Shown: piece after piece, positions 10,820 through 21,273 of the stretch
How positions within the stretch are numbered: the first letter of the stretch is position 1
Layout: each line of letters opens with the position of its first letter
Made by a program: the position numbers and the translations under genes
Source of the DNA: a bacterium
GTDB taxonomy: Bacteria > UBA8248 > JACPRG01 > G963555815
Direction: 5' to 3'
NCBI GenBank assembly: GCA_965261595.1
Contig: CBDHDG010000006.1
Coordinates: forward strand, 448,001 to 512,000
DNA: 64,000 nucleotides
Notes under the pieces: model-generated
What the model was told of the DNA's origin: nothing
The model's input: only the letters and a program-made list of their open reading frames with translations
The model's database searches: none

Positions 10820-11423
10820 ATCAAGACAACTCTTGTATTGACCACCCGTTGCTCTTTAACTCAATTAGAGCCCTCTTTACCGGGGCTGTCAACACCATTT
10901 CGGGCGCCTGAAACCCTGATCGGAGCGGTATCCGCCATTGGAAAACCATGTCAGCGCCGGCGTGTAAACGGGCTTGACCACCAGGTTTGGAGTCTTCGTC
11001 ATTTTGCCCTTGTGTGGACTCCGCTTAGGGTCGCTAGACAGGCACCGGGCATCATCGCTTGATTCTCTCCAAGATAAGGGCAAATGTCTTCCTGGATACA
11101 CCGACCTCGGCCAACTGGAAGGTGATGTGGCGGGCGTACCGCACGAGCCGGCCGCCCATTTTGAGGAGCTTAAGCTGAAGGCCGCGTAACGACCAGTGCT
11201 TGATCCCTCTCGGCAGGCCAGCAATCCCGCATCCGAAGTCATTCTGGTTCCGTGAAACTCAAGCCTCAGCCGACGCTCAAAACGGACCTTCAACGCCCAC
11301 TTTTTCGCTTCACCCATTGGATTACCCCGCGAGAGGATGGCTCGGGGAGGCTCATGCATTGATTTTACTCCAGAAAATGTCCTCCGGTCCGACAAAAGTT
11401 ATGATCCATATGGGATATCTGGG
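10820..11423 (-). mobile_element. Internally deleted IS1380-family remnant in inverted orientation
   Basis: Transposase N-terminus MGEAKK...[11 protein letters not shown] (ATG at 11317) abuts the C-terminus LKLLKMGGRLVRHARHITFQLAEV...ERIKR* (stop 11052). The end at 11423 is an inverted match to 8210; the lower-coordinate boundary is approximate. Confidence 0.8.
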
Positions 11424-12027
11424 CCTCATGGCCTCGCCCCGGGACGGGACCTTGCTGCTCGTGTTCTGGGTGGTCGCGGACCGAGACCTGGATGAAGCCT
11501 TGAAGAATCTGGACAAAGACCTCTCGAAGTTCGTCCGTTCCGCAAAGATCGAGGGGGAGCCGGAGCAAACCGAGATCAACGGAATGCGCGGCCTCTCCGT
11601 GGCCGCTTCGGGGGAGACCGAAGGGAAGAAAGTCGACATCGCCACGCTTCTCCTGGAAACGAAGTCGGCGAACATCCTTTTGGTCCTCGGCATCGGCGAA
11701 AAGGGCCAGTTCGAAAAACACCTTCTCGTCGTCCAGCAAATCCTCGGCAGCCTCAAACCCGCGTGACCCGATTCCGGCGAGCGCGGATTTCTCGCCCATG
11801 CGAACGTCCGGCCGAGGCAGCCCCCCTCCTTTCCCCGAATTCCATCGATTGAACTGTTGACCCCGTCAGACCGCGGACGGTCTCCGAAACCGCCCACGCC
11901 CCCCCATCGGGATTCCCTGAAAGAGAAATTCAGGATAGGATGGCGCATCCGAGCCATTCGTGCGTCCTGAAATTCACTGCGTTTCCCGGCTGATTTCCAG
12001 GACCGCAGAATCAAAGGAGATTCCGAA

Positions 12028-13398
12028 ATGCCGTTCGACGATCCGCGGGATTTTCTGGAATGCCTCGAAGAACGAAACGACCTCCTCCGCATCTCCGAGG
12101 AGGTGGACCCCAAATATGAAATCGGCGCCTACATCCGGAAGACCTCCGATCAAGAAGGACCGGCTCTCCTGTTCGAGAACGTGAAAGGGCACGACACGTC
12201 GGTCGTCGGGGGAATCTTCGCCTGCCGCCGGCGGCTCCTGATGGCCCTGGAGGTCGATTCGGAAAACGTTTACGAACAGTTCGACCACGGAGTGGGCCAC
12301 CCCATCCCCCCCCGGCTGGTCGAGACGGGTCCCTGCAAAGACGTGATCCTGAAAGGGGACGAGGTGGACCTCACCCGCCTGCCCATCCCCACCTACGCCG
12401 AGGGCGACGGCGGCCCCTTCATCACACACGGCATCCAGATCAGCAAAGACCCCGAGGACGGATCCAAGAACGCCTCGATCTACCGGATGCAGCTCCGCGG
12501 GAAGCGTGAGCTGAGCGTCTATCCTTCCGGTTACCAGGACCTTTTCCGCCAATTCGCCAAGGCGGAGGCCAAGGACGAGCCTCTGGAGATCGCCGTGGCC
12601 ATGGGGTGCGACCCGGTGGTGATGCTCGCCACGCAGGTGACGGCCGCCTACGGGGAAGATGAGCTGGGGATCGCCGGCGGGCTGCGAGGCAGGCCCGTGG
12701 ACGTGGTGAAGTGCGAGACCGTGGACCTGGAAGCGCCCGCGACCTCGGAAATCGTCATCGAGGGCCGGATCCTCCCCCACCGCCGGGAGCACGAGGGCCC
12801 CTTCGGCGAATACTCGGGGTATTACGGCCCGGCGTCGATGCAGCCCGTGGTCGAGGTGACGGCCGTCACCCACCGGCGGAACCCGATCTTCCACGCCGGC
12901 TTGACCGGACGCCCCATGACCGAAAACCACTTCTTGAAGGAGATCCCGAGCGAGGCCGCCCTGCACCGGTATCTGAAACCGAGCTTCCCGGGCCTGAAAA
13001 GCGTCCACGCCACCGGGGCGGGCTGTTGCGCGTTCATCATCTTCATCAGCGTTCAGCAGACCTTTCTGGGCGAAGGCCGAAAGGTTCTGATGGCCGCCAT
13101 CGGGAGCGAGAAGCCCCTCAAATACGTTGTCGTGTGCGACGAGGACATCGACGTCTTCGACCATTCCCAGGTCCTGTGGGCCATCGCCACCCGGGCCCGG
13201 CCGGCGGAGGACGTGATCATCATCCCCAACTACCCCACGGCCAACCTGGACCCCTCGAAACCCGATGGGCAGTTGGGATCGGCGATGGGGATCGACGCCA
13301 CCCGGCCCTTCGGGGAACCGTTCCCGGAGGTCCCCTTCCACCCGGGCCTCGACCGCGTCCCCGATCTTCTCGAGATGATGCGGCAGCGAGGCGGGTGA
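12028..13398 (+). CDS. UbiD-family (prFMN-dependent) decarboxylase 1
   Basis: PALLFENVKG, DGGPFIT, NASIYRMQ, EGPFGEYSGYY, DEDIDVFD..VLWAIATR, GIDAT. Confidence 0.93.
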   Translation: MPFDDPRDFLECLEERNDLLRISEEVDPKYEIGAYIRKTSDQEGPALLFENVKGHDTSVVGGIFACRRRLLMALEVDSENVYEQFDHGVGHPIPPRLVETGPCKDVILKGDEVDLTRLPIPTYAEGDGGPFITHGIQISKDPEDGSKNASIYRMQLRGKRELSVYPSGYQDLFRQFAKAEAKDEPLEIAVAMGCDPVVMLATQVTAAYGEDELGIAGGLRGRPVDVVKCETVDLEAPATSEIVIEGRILPHRREHEGPFGEYSGYYGPASMQPVVEVTAVTHRRNPIFHAGLTGRPMTENHFLKEIPSEAALHRYLKPSFPGLKSVHATGAGCCAFIIFISVQQTFLGEGRKVLMAAIGSEKPLKYVVVCDEDIDVFDHSQVLWAIATRARPAEDVIIIPNYPTANLDPSKPDGQLGSAMGIDATRPFGEPFPEVPFHPGLDRVPDLLEMMRQRGG

Positions 13399-13862
13399 TC
13401 CATTTCCGATGATGAGGATGTTCCAACGCGGCGCCCGGTCCGGAAAGGGGCGTCAATCTTTGTTGACGACACACTGTCGCGAGACGGCGGATAGGGCTTG
13501 ACACCCTTCCCATTGATGTCAGACGATAGGCCGTCGTCTGCAAACAGGAAAAAATTCAACCTATTCAATCGCGGCGCCGGAGGGGGGTCCGGAAGGGAAC
13601 GGACTTGCGAACCCGGCTGCGTGCTCTTTGCGCCCCCGGGCGCGGCGGCCCGAGTGAATCGATGGGCGGTCCCGGCCGAACCGGGGCGTGCGGTCTGATG
13701 ATCCGCGAATTCAGACTCATCCGTCGATGATGTGGCTCCCGGAAACATCGTGTCCGCACCGAAACCGTGACGATTTTGATCCGGCAGTCCGCGAGGGCGG
13801 CCTGCCATTGATCCCCTGGAGGCCCATCCGGATGATCCGGGTGGGCAAGGGAGGGCAGAAAG

Positions 13863-14855
13863 ATGTCTCGGAATAGCTCCTGGTTCATGAGATTCACCGT
13901 CGCGCTTGCCTTCTTTTTGAGCGGAGTCGGGTTTTCCGGTTTGAGCGCCGCGGAGAAATCCGTGAAGTTCCGGATGGACTGGAAGATGAGCGCGGCGCAC
14001 GGCCCCTTCCTGATCGCCGCCGAGAAAGGGCTTTACAAAGCCGAGGGCCTGTCCGTTCAGGTGATGGGAGGCTCGGGCTCTACGGACTCGCTGAAACTGC
14101 TGGGCGGAGGGTCCATCGAGTTCGGTCTGGTGGACGCGCCGGTTATCGTTCAGGGACGGGTCAAAGGGGTTCCGGTCAAATCCATCGCCGTCTACTGGCA
14201 GCGGACTCCGCAGATGATCGTGTGGAACGCAGGAAAATTCAACGTCAAGACCCCCAATGACCTGAAAGGGCTCAAGGTGGGCGTCAAGCACAAGTCCTCC
14301 ACCTTCCAGGGTTTTCGCGCGTTCACCCGGGCCCAGGGCATCGACATGAAAAAGGATATGAAGCTGATACCCATCGGGTTCGGCGTGGCCCCGCTGCTGG
14401 CCGGGCAGGTGGACGCCCTGGTGGGCTTCACAACGAGCGAGCCGCTGAGGGCCGCGGACAAAGGGCTCAAGGTGAAGGAATTTCTCTTCGCGAACTATGG
14501 AGTCAAGATGTACGGCTTGACGATCGCCACGCGCGAAGACCTGATAAAATCGGACGGCGCGACGGTCAGGAGCTTCCTGAAGGCCTCTCTGCGTGGAATC
14601 AAATACGCCGCGGACCATCCGGATGAGGTGGCGCCGGCGGTGAAGAAAATAGTCACCCAGGCCAAACTCGGCCAGCAAAGCCGCATATGGCAAAAGGTGG
14701 TGAAAGCCGTCCTCTTCGCCGACGGACCCGGCAAGCGCGTGGGCGTTCAGAACAGCAACGGCTGGGGGAAGACGCAAAACATCCTATTCGACCTGAAGCT
14801 GATCGAGAAAAAGGTTCCGGTCGGATCCATCTACACCAACGCGTTTCTACCCTGA
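13863..14855 (+). CDS. ABC substrate-binding protein, NMT1/THI5 family
   Basis: Signal peptide; MDW....HGPF.IA.EKG.Y..EGL.V; GSGS. Confidence 0.88.
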   Translation: MSRNSSWFMRFTVALAFFLSGVGFSGLSAAEKSVKFRMDWKMSAAHGPFLIAAEKGLYKAEGLSVQVMGGSGSTDSLKLLGGGSIEFGLVDAPVIVQGRVKGVPVKSIAVYWQRTPQMIVWNAGKFNVKTPNDLKGLKVGVKHKSSTFQGFRAFTRAQGIDMKKDMKLIPIGFGVAPLLAGQVDALVGFTTSEPLRAADKGLKVKEFLFANYGVKMYGLTIATREDLIKSDGATVRSFLKASLRGIKYAADHPDEVAPAVKKIVTQAKLGQQSRIWQKVVKAVLFADGPGKRVGVQNSNGWGKTQNILFDLKLIEKKVPVGSIYTNAFLP

Positions 14856-14972
14856 GTGTGGTGTTTGATCCATTCGTGTAAGAACACCGGCGATGATCAA
14901 GGCGGATGTTTCCCTGGACCTTGATCGGGGGGGGTGCGAAGCCCCGCGTGGGAGGTCAGGGGGGGTGGGTGG

Positions 14973-14995
14973 GGCGGGCAAGATGCCCGCCCTAC
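14973..14995. repeat. GTAG-type REP
   Basis: GGCGGGCAAGATGCCCGCCCTAC is the exact reverse complement of 50897-50919. Confidence 0.8.
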
Positions 14996-15035
14996 CGATG
15001 GACGGTGGATCCCACTGACAGGCAGACCGGGCGCG

Positions 15036-15100
15036 GGTCGGTGGACCCTCGGGGTCGGTGGACCCCTTGGGGTCGGTGGACCCCTTGGATCGGTGGACTC
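15036..15100. repeat. Tandem repeat of 17-18 bp (GGTCGGTGGACCCCTTGG), about 3.5 copies
   Basis: Directly visible between the SBP and ATPase genes. Confidence 0.85.
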
Positions 15101-15201
15101 TCCAGCCTGGCCGAAATGCGTGAATAACCCCGCCCGAATTCGATCAACGGATTTCTAAAACAGGACCTCTGGAGATTCACCGGGGAAATGAACCGGAGGG
15201 G

Positions 15202-15990
15202 ATGAACCGGCGCTTGATGACGACACCTTGCATCGAACTTCATGAGATCCATAAGACCTACCTGACGGCCAAGGGCCCGGTTCACGCCCTTCAGGACATC
15301 ACGCTGAGCGTGGCGGAGGGAGAGTTCGTCTCCATCGTGGGGCAGACCGGGTGCGGAAAATCCACCCTCCTGAAAATCATCAGCGGGATCCTCAAGCCCT
15401 CGAAAGGAGAAATCTCGATTCGGGGAAAATCCGTCCGGGAGGCGCAGGTCGAACACGAGTTCGGCTTCATCTTTCAGGACCCGGTCCTCCTGCCCTGGCG
15501 GGACGTGCTCAAGAACATCCGCCTGCCTCTCGAGGTGATCGGCTATCCCCAAAAAGATTTGGAGCGTCACTGCCTGGAGATGCTCGATTTCGTCGGGCTT
15601 CGGGACTTCGCCGCCGCGAAGCCCTGGGAGCTTTCGGGTGGAATGCGGCAGCGCGTGGCCATCGTCCGGGCGCTGGGCTTTGACCCATCCACCCTTCTGA
15701 TGGACGAGCCCTTCAGCGCCCTGGACGAAATTACCCGCCAGAACCTTCACGGGGACTTCCTCCGGCTCTGGGAAAAAGGGCGGAAAACCGTTGTTTTCGT
15801 CACCCACAGTGTGGCGGAGGCCGTGTTTCTGTCCGACCGGGTGATGGTGATGTCCCCCCGGCCGGGCCGCATCCGGAAAGAGGTCGACGTTCATCTTCCC
15901 CGCCCACGCACGCCGGAGATGACCGAAAGCCGTCCTTATTTCGACCTGTTGGCGGAAGTCCGCGGCCACTTGGTGGGCGAGTTGACATGA
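15202..15990 (+). CDS. ABC ATP-binding protein (TauB/SsuB-like)
   Basis: GQTGCGKST, LSGGMRQR, LLMDEPF, FVTH. Confidence 0.95.
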   Translation: MNRRLMTTPCIELHEIHKTYLTAKGPVHALQDITLSVAEGEFVSIVGQTGCGKSTLLKIISGILKPSKGEISIRGKSVREAQVEHEFGFIFQDPVLLPWRDVLKNIRLPLEVIGYPQKDLERHCLEMLDFVGLRDFAAAKPWELSGGMRQRVAIVRALGFDPSTLLMDEPFSALDEITRQNLHGDFLRLWEKGRKTVVFVTHSVAEAVFLSDRVMVMSPRPGRIRKEVDVHLPRPRTPEMTESRPYFDLLAEVRGHLVGELT

Positions 15991-16769
15991 TGGAGGAGCG
16001 CGAAACTTTCAAACCCCCGCTGTCTCAGCGGATTCGCGAGGTCTACGCGCCTCCGTTCATCTTCCTGGTTGTCATCCTGGGGGGTTGGGAGCTCGCCGTG
16101 AGCGTGTTTCAGGTCCCCCGGTGGCTCTTGCCCAGCCCTTCGGGCATATTCCGCCAGTTCTTCAAATCACCCGACCTCTGGCTCCACACCCGGTTGACGC
16201 TGACCGAGGCCTTCCTGGGATTCGCGGGCTCCGCCGTCTCGGGAATCCTGATCGCCATTCTGATCGCCCACTCCCGGTTTTTGGAAAAAGGCATTTTCCC
16301 TTTTCTGGTCGTCGCCAACTCGATACCCATCGTGGCCATCGCGCCCCTGTTGACCATCTGGTTCGGATTCGGGCTTGCGCCGAAAATCATGATCGCCATG
16401 ATCATCACGTTCTTCCCCATCGTAACGAACACCACCCGGGGCCTTAAGGCCGCCGACTATCGGATCATCGAGATGATGCAATCCATCAACGCAACCCCGT
16501 GGCAAATCATCCGGAAAATCGAGCTTCCCACGGCGCTCCCCTATATCTTTTCCGCCTTCAAGATCAGTCTTTCCCTGAGCCTCATCGGGGCGGTGGTCGC
16601 GGAGTTTTACGGGGCGGACCATGGCCTCGGGTACCTGATTATCTATTCGGCGACGCAGCTGGAAACCGAGCTCCTGTTCCTGGCCATCTTGATCCTCGCC
16701 GGAACCGGTGTGAGCGTCTTTCTCGTCTTCTCGTGGATCGAGTCCCGCTTCGCTTCCTGGAAGGGATAG
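15987..16769 (+). CDS. ABC permease (TauC/SsuC-like)
   Basis: LLPSPS, IPIVAIAPL..WFGFG, GAVVAEF; hydrophobic. Confidence 0.93.
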   Translation: MMEERETFKPPLSQRIREVYAPPFIFLVVILGGWELAVSVFQVPRWLLPSPSGIFRQFFKSPDLWLHTRLTLTEAFLGFAGSAVSGILIAILIAHSRFLEKGIFPFLVVANSIPIVAIAPLLTIWFGFGLAPKIMIAMIITFFPIVTNTTRGLKAADYRIIEMMQSINATPWQIIRKIELPTALPYIFSAFKISLSLSLIGAVVAEFYGADHGLGYLIIYSATQLETELLFLAILILAGTGVSVFLVFSWIESRFASWKG

Positions 16770-16797
16770 CGGAAACCGGGATCGAAGGAGAACGTTT

Positions 16798-18165
16798 ATG
16801 GGCAACGATTTGCGCACCTATTGGAAGGACCTGGAGGAGGAACGGCCCGAAGATGTCCTCCGGGTGTCGGACCCCGTTCGACCGGACTTCCTCCCCACCG
16901 CCGTCGCCACCCTGGTCGAAGAACTCCCGGCGTCCCCGGCGGTGTTCTTCGAAAACGTCGAGGGGTTCGATCATCCGGTCATCTTCAACCTGTTCGGCAC
17001 CCGGGAGCGTATGGCCCGGGCGGCCGGGGCCACGGCCGGGACCTTCGCCGAAAGATGGCTGAACGCCGAGGCCGCGCCCATCGCGCCGGTTCCGGTCGCC
17101 TCCGGACCCGTCCAGGAGGTTATCCACGTGGGGAAGGAGGTGGACGTCACCCAGCTCCCCATCCTCCATCATTTCCCGCAGGACGCCGGCAGATACCTGT
17201 GCCTGGGGATGTTCCTGTGCCGGGACCCCGACACCGGGATCGGCAACCTCTCCTATCACCGCATGGAGATGAAAGGCCCCGACCGTTTCGCCTTGAGCCT
17301 TCACTCGCGCGGCCATCCCTGGGACTTCTTCCGGCGGCAGGAGGAACGGGGGAAGTCTCTTGAAGTCGCCGTCGTCATCGGCGCCCACCCGGCCCTTCAC
17401 GTCGCGGCCGGGGCCGAGTTCGGTATGGACGTGGACGAGCTGGCGGTGGGGGGCGCGCTCCTGGGGTCTCCGGTGGAAATGGTCCCCTGCAAGACCCTCG
17501 ACCTCCAGGTCCCCGCGAATGCGGAAATCGTCGTGGAGGGGGAGATCCTCCCTGACGTCCGGGAGGCGGAGGGGCCGTTCAACGAATACACCGGGTACAC
17601 CACGTCGCGATCCACGGAGAACGTTTTCCAGGTCAAGGCCGTGACCCGCCGGCGGGACGCCTGGTACCTCGATGTGATTCCGGGCTACTCCTCCGAGCAC
17701 CTTCTGTTGAGCCGGGTGGCCAAAGAGGCCCGTGTCCTCCATCGCCTCAAGGAGATCATGCCGGCGGTCAAGGCGCTGAACTGTCCCAAATCCGGAACCC
17801 TCTTTCACGCCTACCTCTCGATGAAGAAAACCGCCGAGGGAATGCCCCGCCACGCCCTGATGCTTCTGATGGGGCTGGACCACTACATCAAGCTCGCCGT
17901 CGTGGTGGACGAGGACGTGGACGTCTTCAACGAAGAGGAGGTCCTCTGGGCCATGGCGACCCGGATGCGGGCGGACCGGGACGTGTTCATCATTCCCAAT
18001 GACTTCCAGAACCGTCTCGACCCAACCGCCGCGGACGGGACCACGGCGAAGATGGGCATAGACGCCACCGCCCCGCTGGACTGGGACGTCGAGCGGGTCC
18101 TCATGCCGGGAGACATCCTGGCCGAAGCGAAGAAAGTCATCGACAAAGCCCTCGGAAACGGCTGA
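16798..18165 (+). CDS. UbiD-family decarboxylase 2
   Basis: DAGRYL, NLSYHRME, EGPFNEYTGY, DEDVDVFN..VLWAMATR, KMGIDAT. Confidence 0.93.
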   Translation: MGNDLRTYWKDLEEERPEDVLRVSDPVRPDFLPTAVATLVEELPASPAVFFENVEGFDHPVIFNLFGTRERMARAAGATAGTFAERWLNAEAAPIAPVPVASGPVQEVIHVGKEVDVTQLPILHHFPQDAGRYLCLGMFLCRDPDTGIGNLSYHRMEMKGPDRFALSLHSRGHPWDFFRRQEERGKSLEVAVVIGAHPALHVAAGAEFGMDVDELAVGGALLGSPVEMVPCKTLDLQVPANAEIVVEGEILPDVREAEGPFNEYTGYTTSRSTENVFQVKAVTRRRDAWYLDVIPGYSSEHLLLSRVAKEARVLHRLKEIMPAVKALNCPKSGTLFHAYLSMKKTAEGMPRHALMLLMGLDHYIKLAVVVDEDVDVFNEEEVLWAMATRMRADRDVFIIPNDFQNRLDPTAADGTTAKMGIDATAPLDWDVERVLMPGDILAEAKKVIDKALGNG

Positions 18166-18234
18166 GGCCCACGGCGCGCCCGGAGGCTTAAGACGGAATC
18201 AAGCCGTGACGTTTCCGGAACGGAAGGCAAGCGC

Positions 18235-19620
18235 ATGAATCAGGACTTGCGGAGCTTCTTCCGGGCATTTGAGGGGGCCTACGCGGGAGAGGTGATTCGC
18301 GTCTCCGAGCCGGTCGACCTCGAATACGACATCATGGCGCTCGTTCTCGAATACGAGCGGCGGAAGCGCTATCCCATCCTCTTCTTCGAGAACGTCCGGG
18401 GCCATGCGATTCCCGTGATCTGCAACATCCTGGCAAGCCGCCGCTCTCAGGCGATGGCCCTGGGCGTGCCGGAGGCCGAGCTGGCGGAGGCGTACTCCCG
18501 CCGTCTCAAGCGTTACATCGACCCGTGCGTGGTGGAGGCGCCCGCCTTCCGCCAGGTGGTCTGGACCGGCGAGGACGCCGACCTCGGCCGGCTCCCCATC
18601 CCCACCTACTTCCCCGGAGATGCCGGGCCCTACCTCACGGGCGGGATGATGGTGGCCAGGCATCCGGACACCGGCGTGGAAACGGGGGGATTCCACCGGC
18701 TGCAAATCAAAGGACCCCGGAAAATGGGTTGCAGTCTGCATTCGCGCAGACGGATGTTCCACTACCAGCGCCTGTACGAGGAGCGGGGCGAAAACATGCC
18801 CGCGGCGATCTGTCTGGGCCTGCACCCCCTCGTCCTGATGGGCTTCCTCTCCTATCCCCCGCCGGAGATCAGCAAGTTCCAGGCGTGCGGCGGGGTTTTC
18901 GGCGAGCCGATGGAAATCGCCCGGTGCGCCGGACTCGACCTGCATGTGCCGGCGTGGAGCGAGATCGTCATCGAAGGGGAATTCCTGGCGGGCGCGCGCG
19001 AGCCGGAGGGTCCCTTCGGCGAGTTCACGGGGTATTTCTCCGCACGAAGCACCGAGCACGTTTTCCGGGTCCATTCCATTTCCATGCGGGAAAACCCCTG
19101 GTTTCAGAGCATCGCCTCCGGACAGGCCGGGGACCACCGGACCACGAGCGGCCTCCTCCGGGAGGCGGAAGTGCGCAACGCCCTGCGGCGGTCCATCCCC
19201 GGCGTCAAGGACGTTCATGTTCCCTTGTCCGGCGGGAGCGCCTTGACCGCTTTCGTCTCCCTGCGTCAAACCCGGCCGGGAGAGGCGAAACACGCCATCG
19301 CCATCACCATGGGCGTAGATCATTATCTGAAGTTCGTGGTCATCGTGGACGACGACGTGGATGTGTTCAACGAATCCGACGTCCTCTGGGCCATTTCCAC
19401 CCGGGTTCAGGCGGACCGGGACTTGGTGACCGTCTCCGGGTCCTTGGGCGCAATCCTGGACCCCTCGGCCACCGAGCAAGGGTTGACGGCCAAGCTCGGC
19501 ATCGACGCCACGAAACCCATGGGCGATCCGTTCGCGGAAAGGCTGCTGATGGACCCCGGGAAAGCGGCGTGGGCGCGCTCCCTGGCGGAGCGGTTGGCAG
19601 CGAAGGAAACGGCCGTCTGA
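18235..19620 (+). CDS. UbiD-family decarboxylase 3
   Basis: DAGPYLTGG, GFHRLQ, EGPFGEFTGY, DDDVDVFN..VLWAISTR, KLGIDAT. Confidence 0.93.
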   Translation: MNQDLRSFFRAFEGAYAGEVIRVSEPVDLEYDIMALVLEYERRKRYPILFFENVRGHAIPVICNILASRRSQAMALGVPEAELAEAYSRRLKRYIDPCVVEAPAFRQVVWTGEDADLGRLPIPTYFPGDAGPYLTGGMMVARHPDTGVETGGFHRLQIKGPRKMGCSLHSRRRMFHYQRLYEERGENMPAAICLGLHPLVLMGFLSYPPPEISKFQACGGVFGEPMEIARCAGLDLHVPAWSEIVIEGEFLAGAREPEGPFGEFTGYFSARSTEHVFRVHSISMRENPWFQSIASGQAGDHRTTSGLLREAEVRNALRRSIPGVKDVHVPLSGGSALTAFVSLRQTRPGEAKHAIAITMGVDHYLKFVVIVDDDVDVFNESDVLWAISTRVQADRDLVTVSGSLGAILDPSATEQGLTAKLGIDATKPMGDPFAERLLMDPGKAAWARSLAERLAAKETAV

Positions 19621-19902
19621 GCGGGTTGACGCCCGGAGGACGGGCGGTCGGCGCCATGGGGCTCGATGCGGCTTCGGGAGGAGCGCCGCGCCGCGGGATG
19701 CTCGGGGCGGGAAACCACAAACCGCCGCACGCGCCGGAAACGGCTCTTGCGGAAACGGATGCGCCCCGGTATTCTGACATTCATTATATGGAAATCTGTT
19801 GTGGACGGCGGGTGTCTGTGAACCGTCGACCTGAATCGTTCCGGATTCCCCCCCCGCCCTTCGCGGGAGGAACGGGACACCAGACAAGCGAGAGGCTCGG
19901 GC

Positions 19903-20775
19903 ATGCGGAATTTCGAGTTGTTGACGTGCAAGACAGTGGACGATGCGCTGGACGCGCTATCGGCTCACGCCGAGGACGGCAAGGTCCTCGCTGGGGGTGT
20001 GGCGCTTCTGATTGTGATGAAGCAGCGGATCTACTCTCCCGACTACCTGATTGACATCGGCGAGCTATCGGATTTGAGTTACGTCAAGGAGTCGGGCGAC
20101 ACGCTGTGCATCGGCGCGCTGACGACCCACCGGACGATCGAGCGGGACGCGACGGTTCGCTCGGGTTACCCGCTGTTGGCGGAGGCCTTTCACCGTGTGG
20201 GGACGATTCGGATCCGCAACCAGGGGACGATCGGAGGCAACCTGTGCTTCGCCGAGCCCGCGGCGGACCCTCCCGCGGCGCTGACGGCGATGGAGGCGGA
20301 GCTGGTTCTTCGGAAGAAGGGCGGCGAGCGGACGGTGTCGATCAGTGATTTTTTCACCGATTACTACGAGACGTGCGTGGAGCCGGACGAGTTGTTGACC
20401 GAGATTCGGGTGAAGCGTCTTGGGGACAGTTGGCGGACGTCGTACACGAAGTTCACGACGCGCTCGAAGGAGGACAAGCCTGCGCTGAGCGTTGGGGCGG
20501 CGGTGGAGGTGGAGTCGGACGGCGTGACGTGCAAGCAGGCTCGGATCAGCGTAGGGGCCGCGGTGCCGACGCCACGGCGGATGAGCGAGGCGGAGGCCCA
20601 TATGCAGGGCAAGGAGCTGACCGAGTCGGTTCTCACCGAGGCGGGTGAGCTGGCGAAGGGGGCGGTGGATCCGATAGACGACATTCGCGGCTCGGCCGAA
20701 TACAAGCGGGCGATGGTGGGCGTATTTTTGAGACGGACGGTTCAGGCGGCGCTGGCGGGCAACGGGGCCCACTGA
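19903..20775 (+). CDS. Mo-hydroxylase FAD subunit (CoxM-like)
   Basis: VLAGG, IGALTT, IRNQGTIGGN, DIRGSAEYK. Confidence 0.92.
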   Translation: MRNFELLTCKTVDDALDALSAHAEDGKVLAGGVALLIVMKQRIYSPDYLIDIGELSDLSYVKESGDTLCIGALTTHRTIERDATVRSGYPLLAEAFHRVGTIRIRNQGTIGGNLCFAEPAADPPAALTAMEAELVLRKKGGERTVSISDFFTDYYETCVEPDELLTEIRVKRLGDSWRTSYTKFTTRSKEDKPALSVGAAVEVESDGVTCKQARISVGAAVPTPRRMSEAEAHMQGKELTESVLTEAGELAKGAVDPIDDIRGSAEYKRAMVGVFLRRTVQAALAGNGAH

Positions 20776-20799
20776 GCGGGTCCGGGAGGGATTGAGGCA

Positions 20800-21273
20800 A
20801 TGGCGAAGCAAATGGTCACGCTGAGCGTGAACGGCGAGGAGCGCGAGGCGGTCATCGAGTCGAAGAAGAGTTTATTGGACACCCTTCGCGAGGACCTTTA
20901 CCTGACGGGCGCGAAGAAGGGCTGCGACATGGGCGTGTGCGGCACGTGCACGGTGAAGGTGGACGGAGAGCTGGCGAGCGGTTGTCTGACGCTTGCGGTT
21001 CGCGTTCAGGGCAAGGAGATCGAGACGATCGAGGGGGTGAAGGGTGAGGATGGAGGTCTTCACCCGATGCAGGAGAGCTTCATCAAGCGTTGGGCGATCC
21101 AGTGCGGTTACTGCACGCCCGGGATGATCATCGCGTCGATCAAGCTGTTGGAGGACAACCCGCACCCGACGGAGTTTGAGATTCGCCACCACCTGGCGGG
21201 CAACCTCTGCCGCTGCACCGGGTACGCGAAGATCATCGAGGCCGTCCAGGCCGTCGCCGACGGCGAGGTGTGA
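20800..21273 (+). CDS. Mo-hydroxylase 2Fe-2S subunit (CoxS-like)
   Basis: GC..G.CG.C and QCGYCTPG...GNLCRCTGY. Confidence 0.95.
   Translation: MAKQMVTLSVNGEEREAVIESKKSLLDTLREDLYLTGAKKGCDMGVCGTCTVKVDGELASGCLTLAVRVQGKEIETIEGVKGEDGGLHPMQESFIKRWAIQCGYCTPGMIIASIKLLEDNPHPTEFEIRHHLAGNLCRCTGYAKIIEAVQAVADGEV

Larger units (their letters stand above)
8065..11766 (+). pseudogene. Secreted hypothetical protein gene (about 160 aa) split by the IS insertion at 8210-11423
   Basis: MKRLAAAILVCLALSPVSVFA... from 8065 joins in frame to MASPRDGTLLL...LKPA* when the insert and one CCTCA copy are removed (GGC ATC CTC ATG GCC). Confidence 0.9.

Noticed and set aside
15036..15100. Possible CRISPR array
   Set aside because: Units are contiguous and short with no unique spacers, and no cas genes are present
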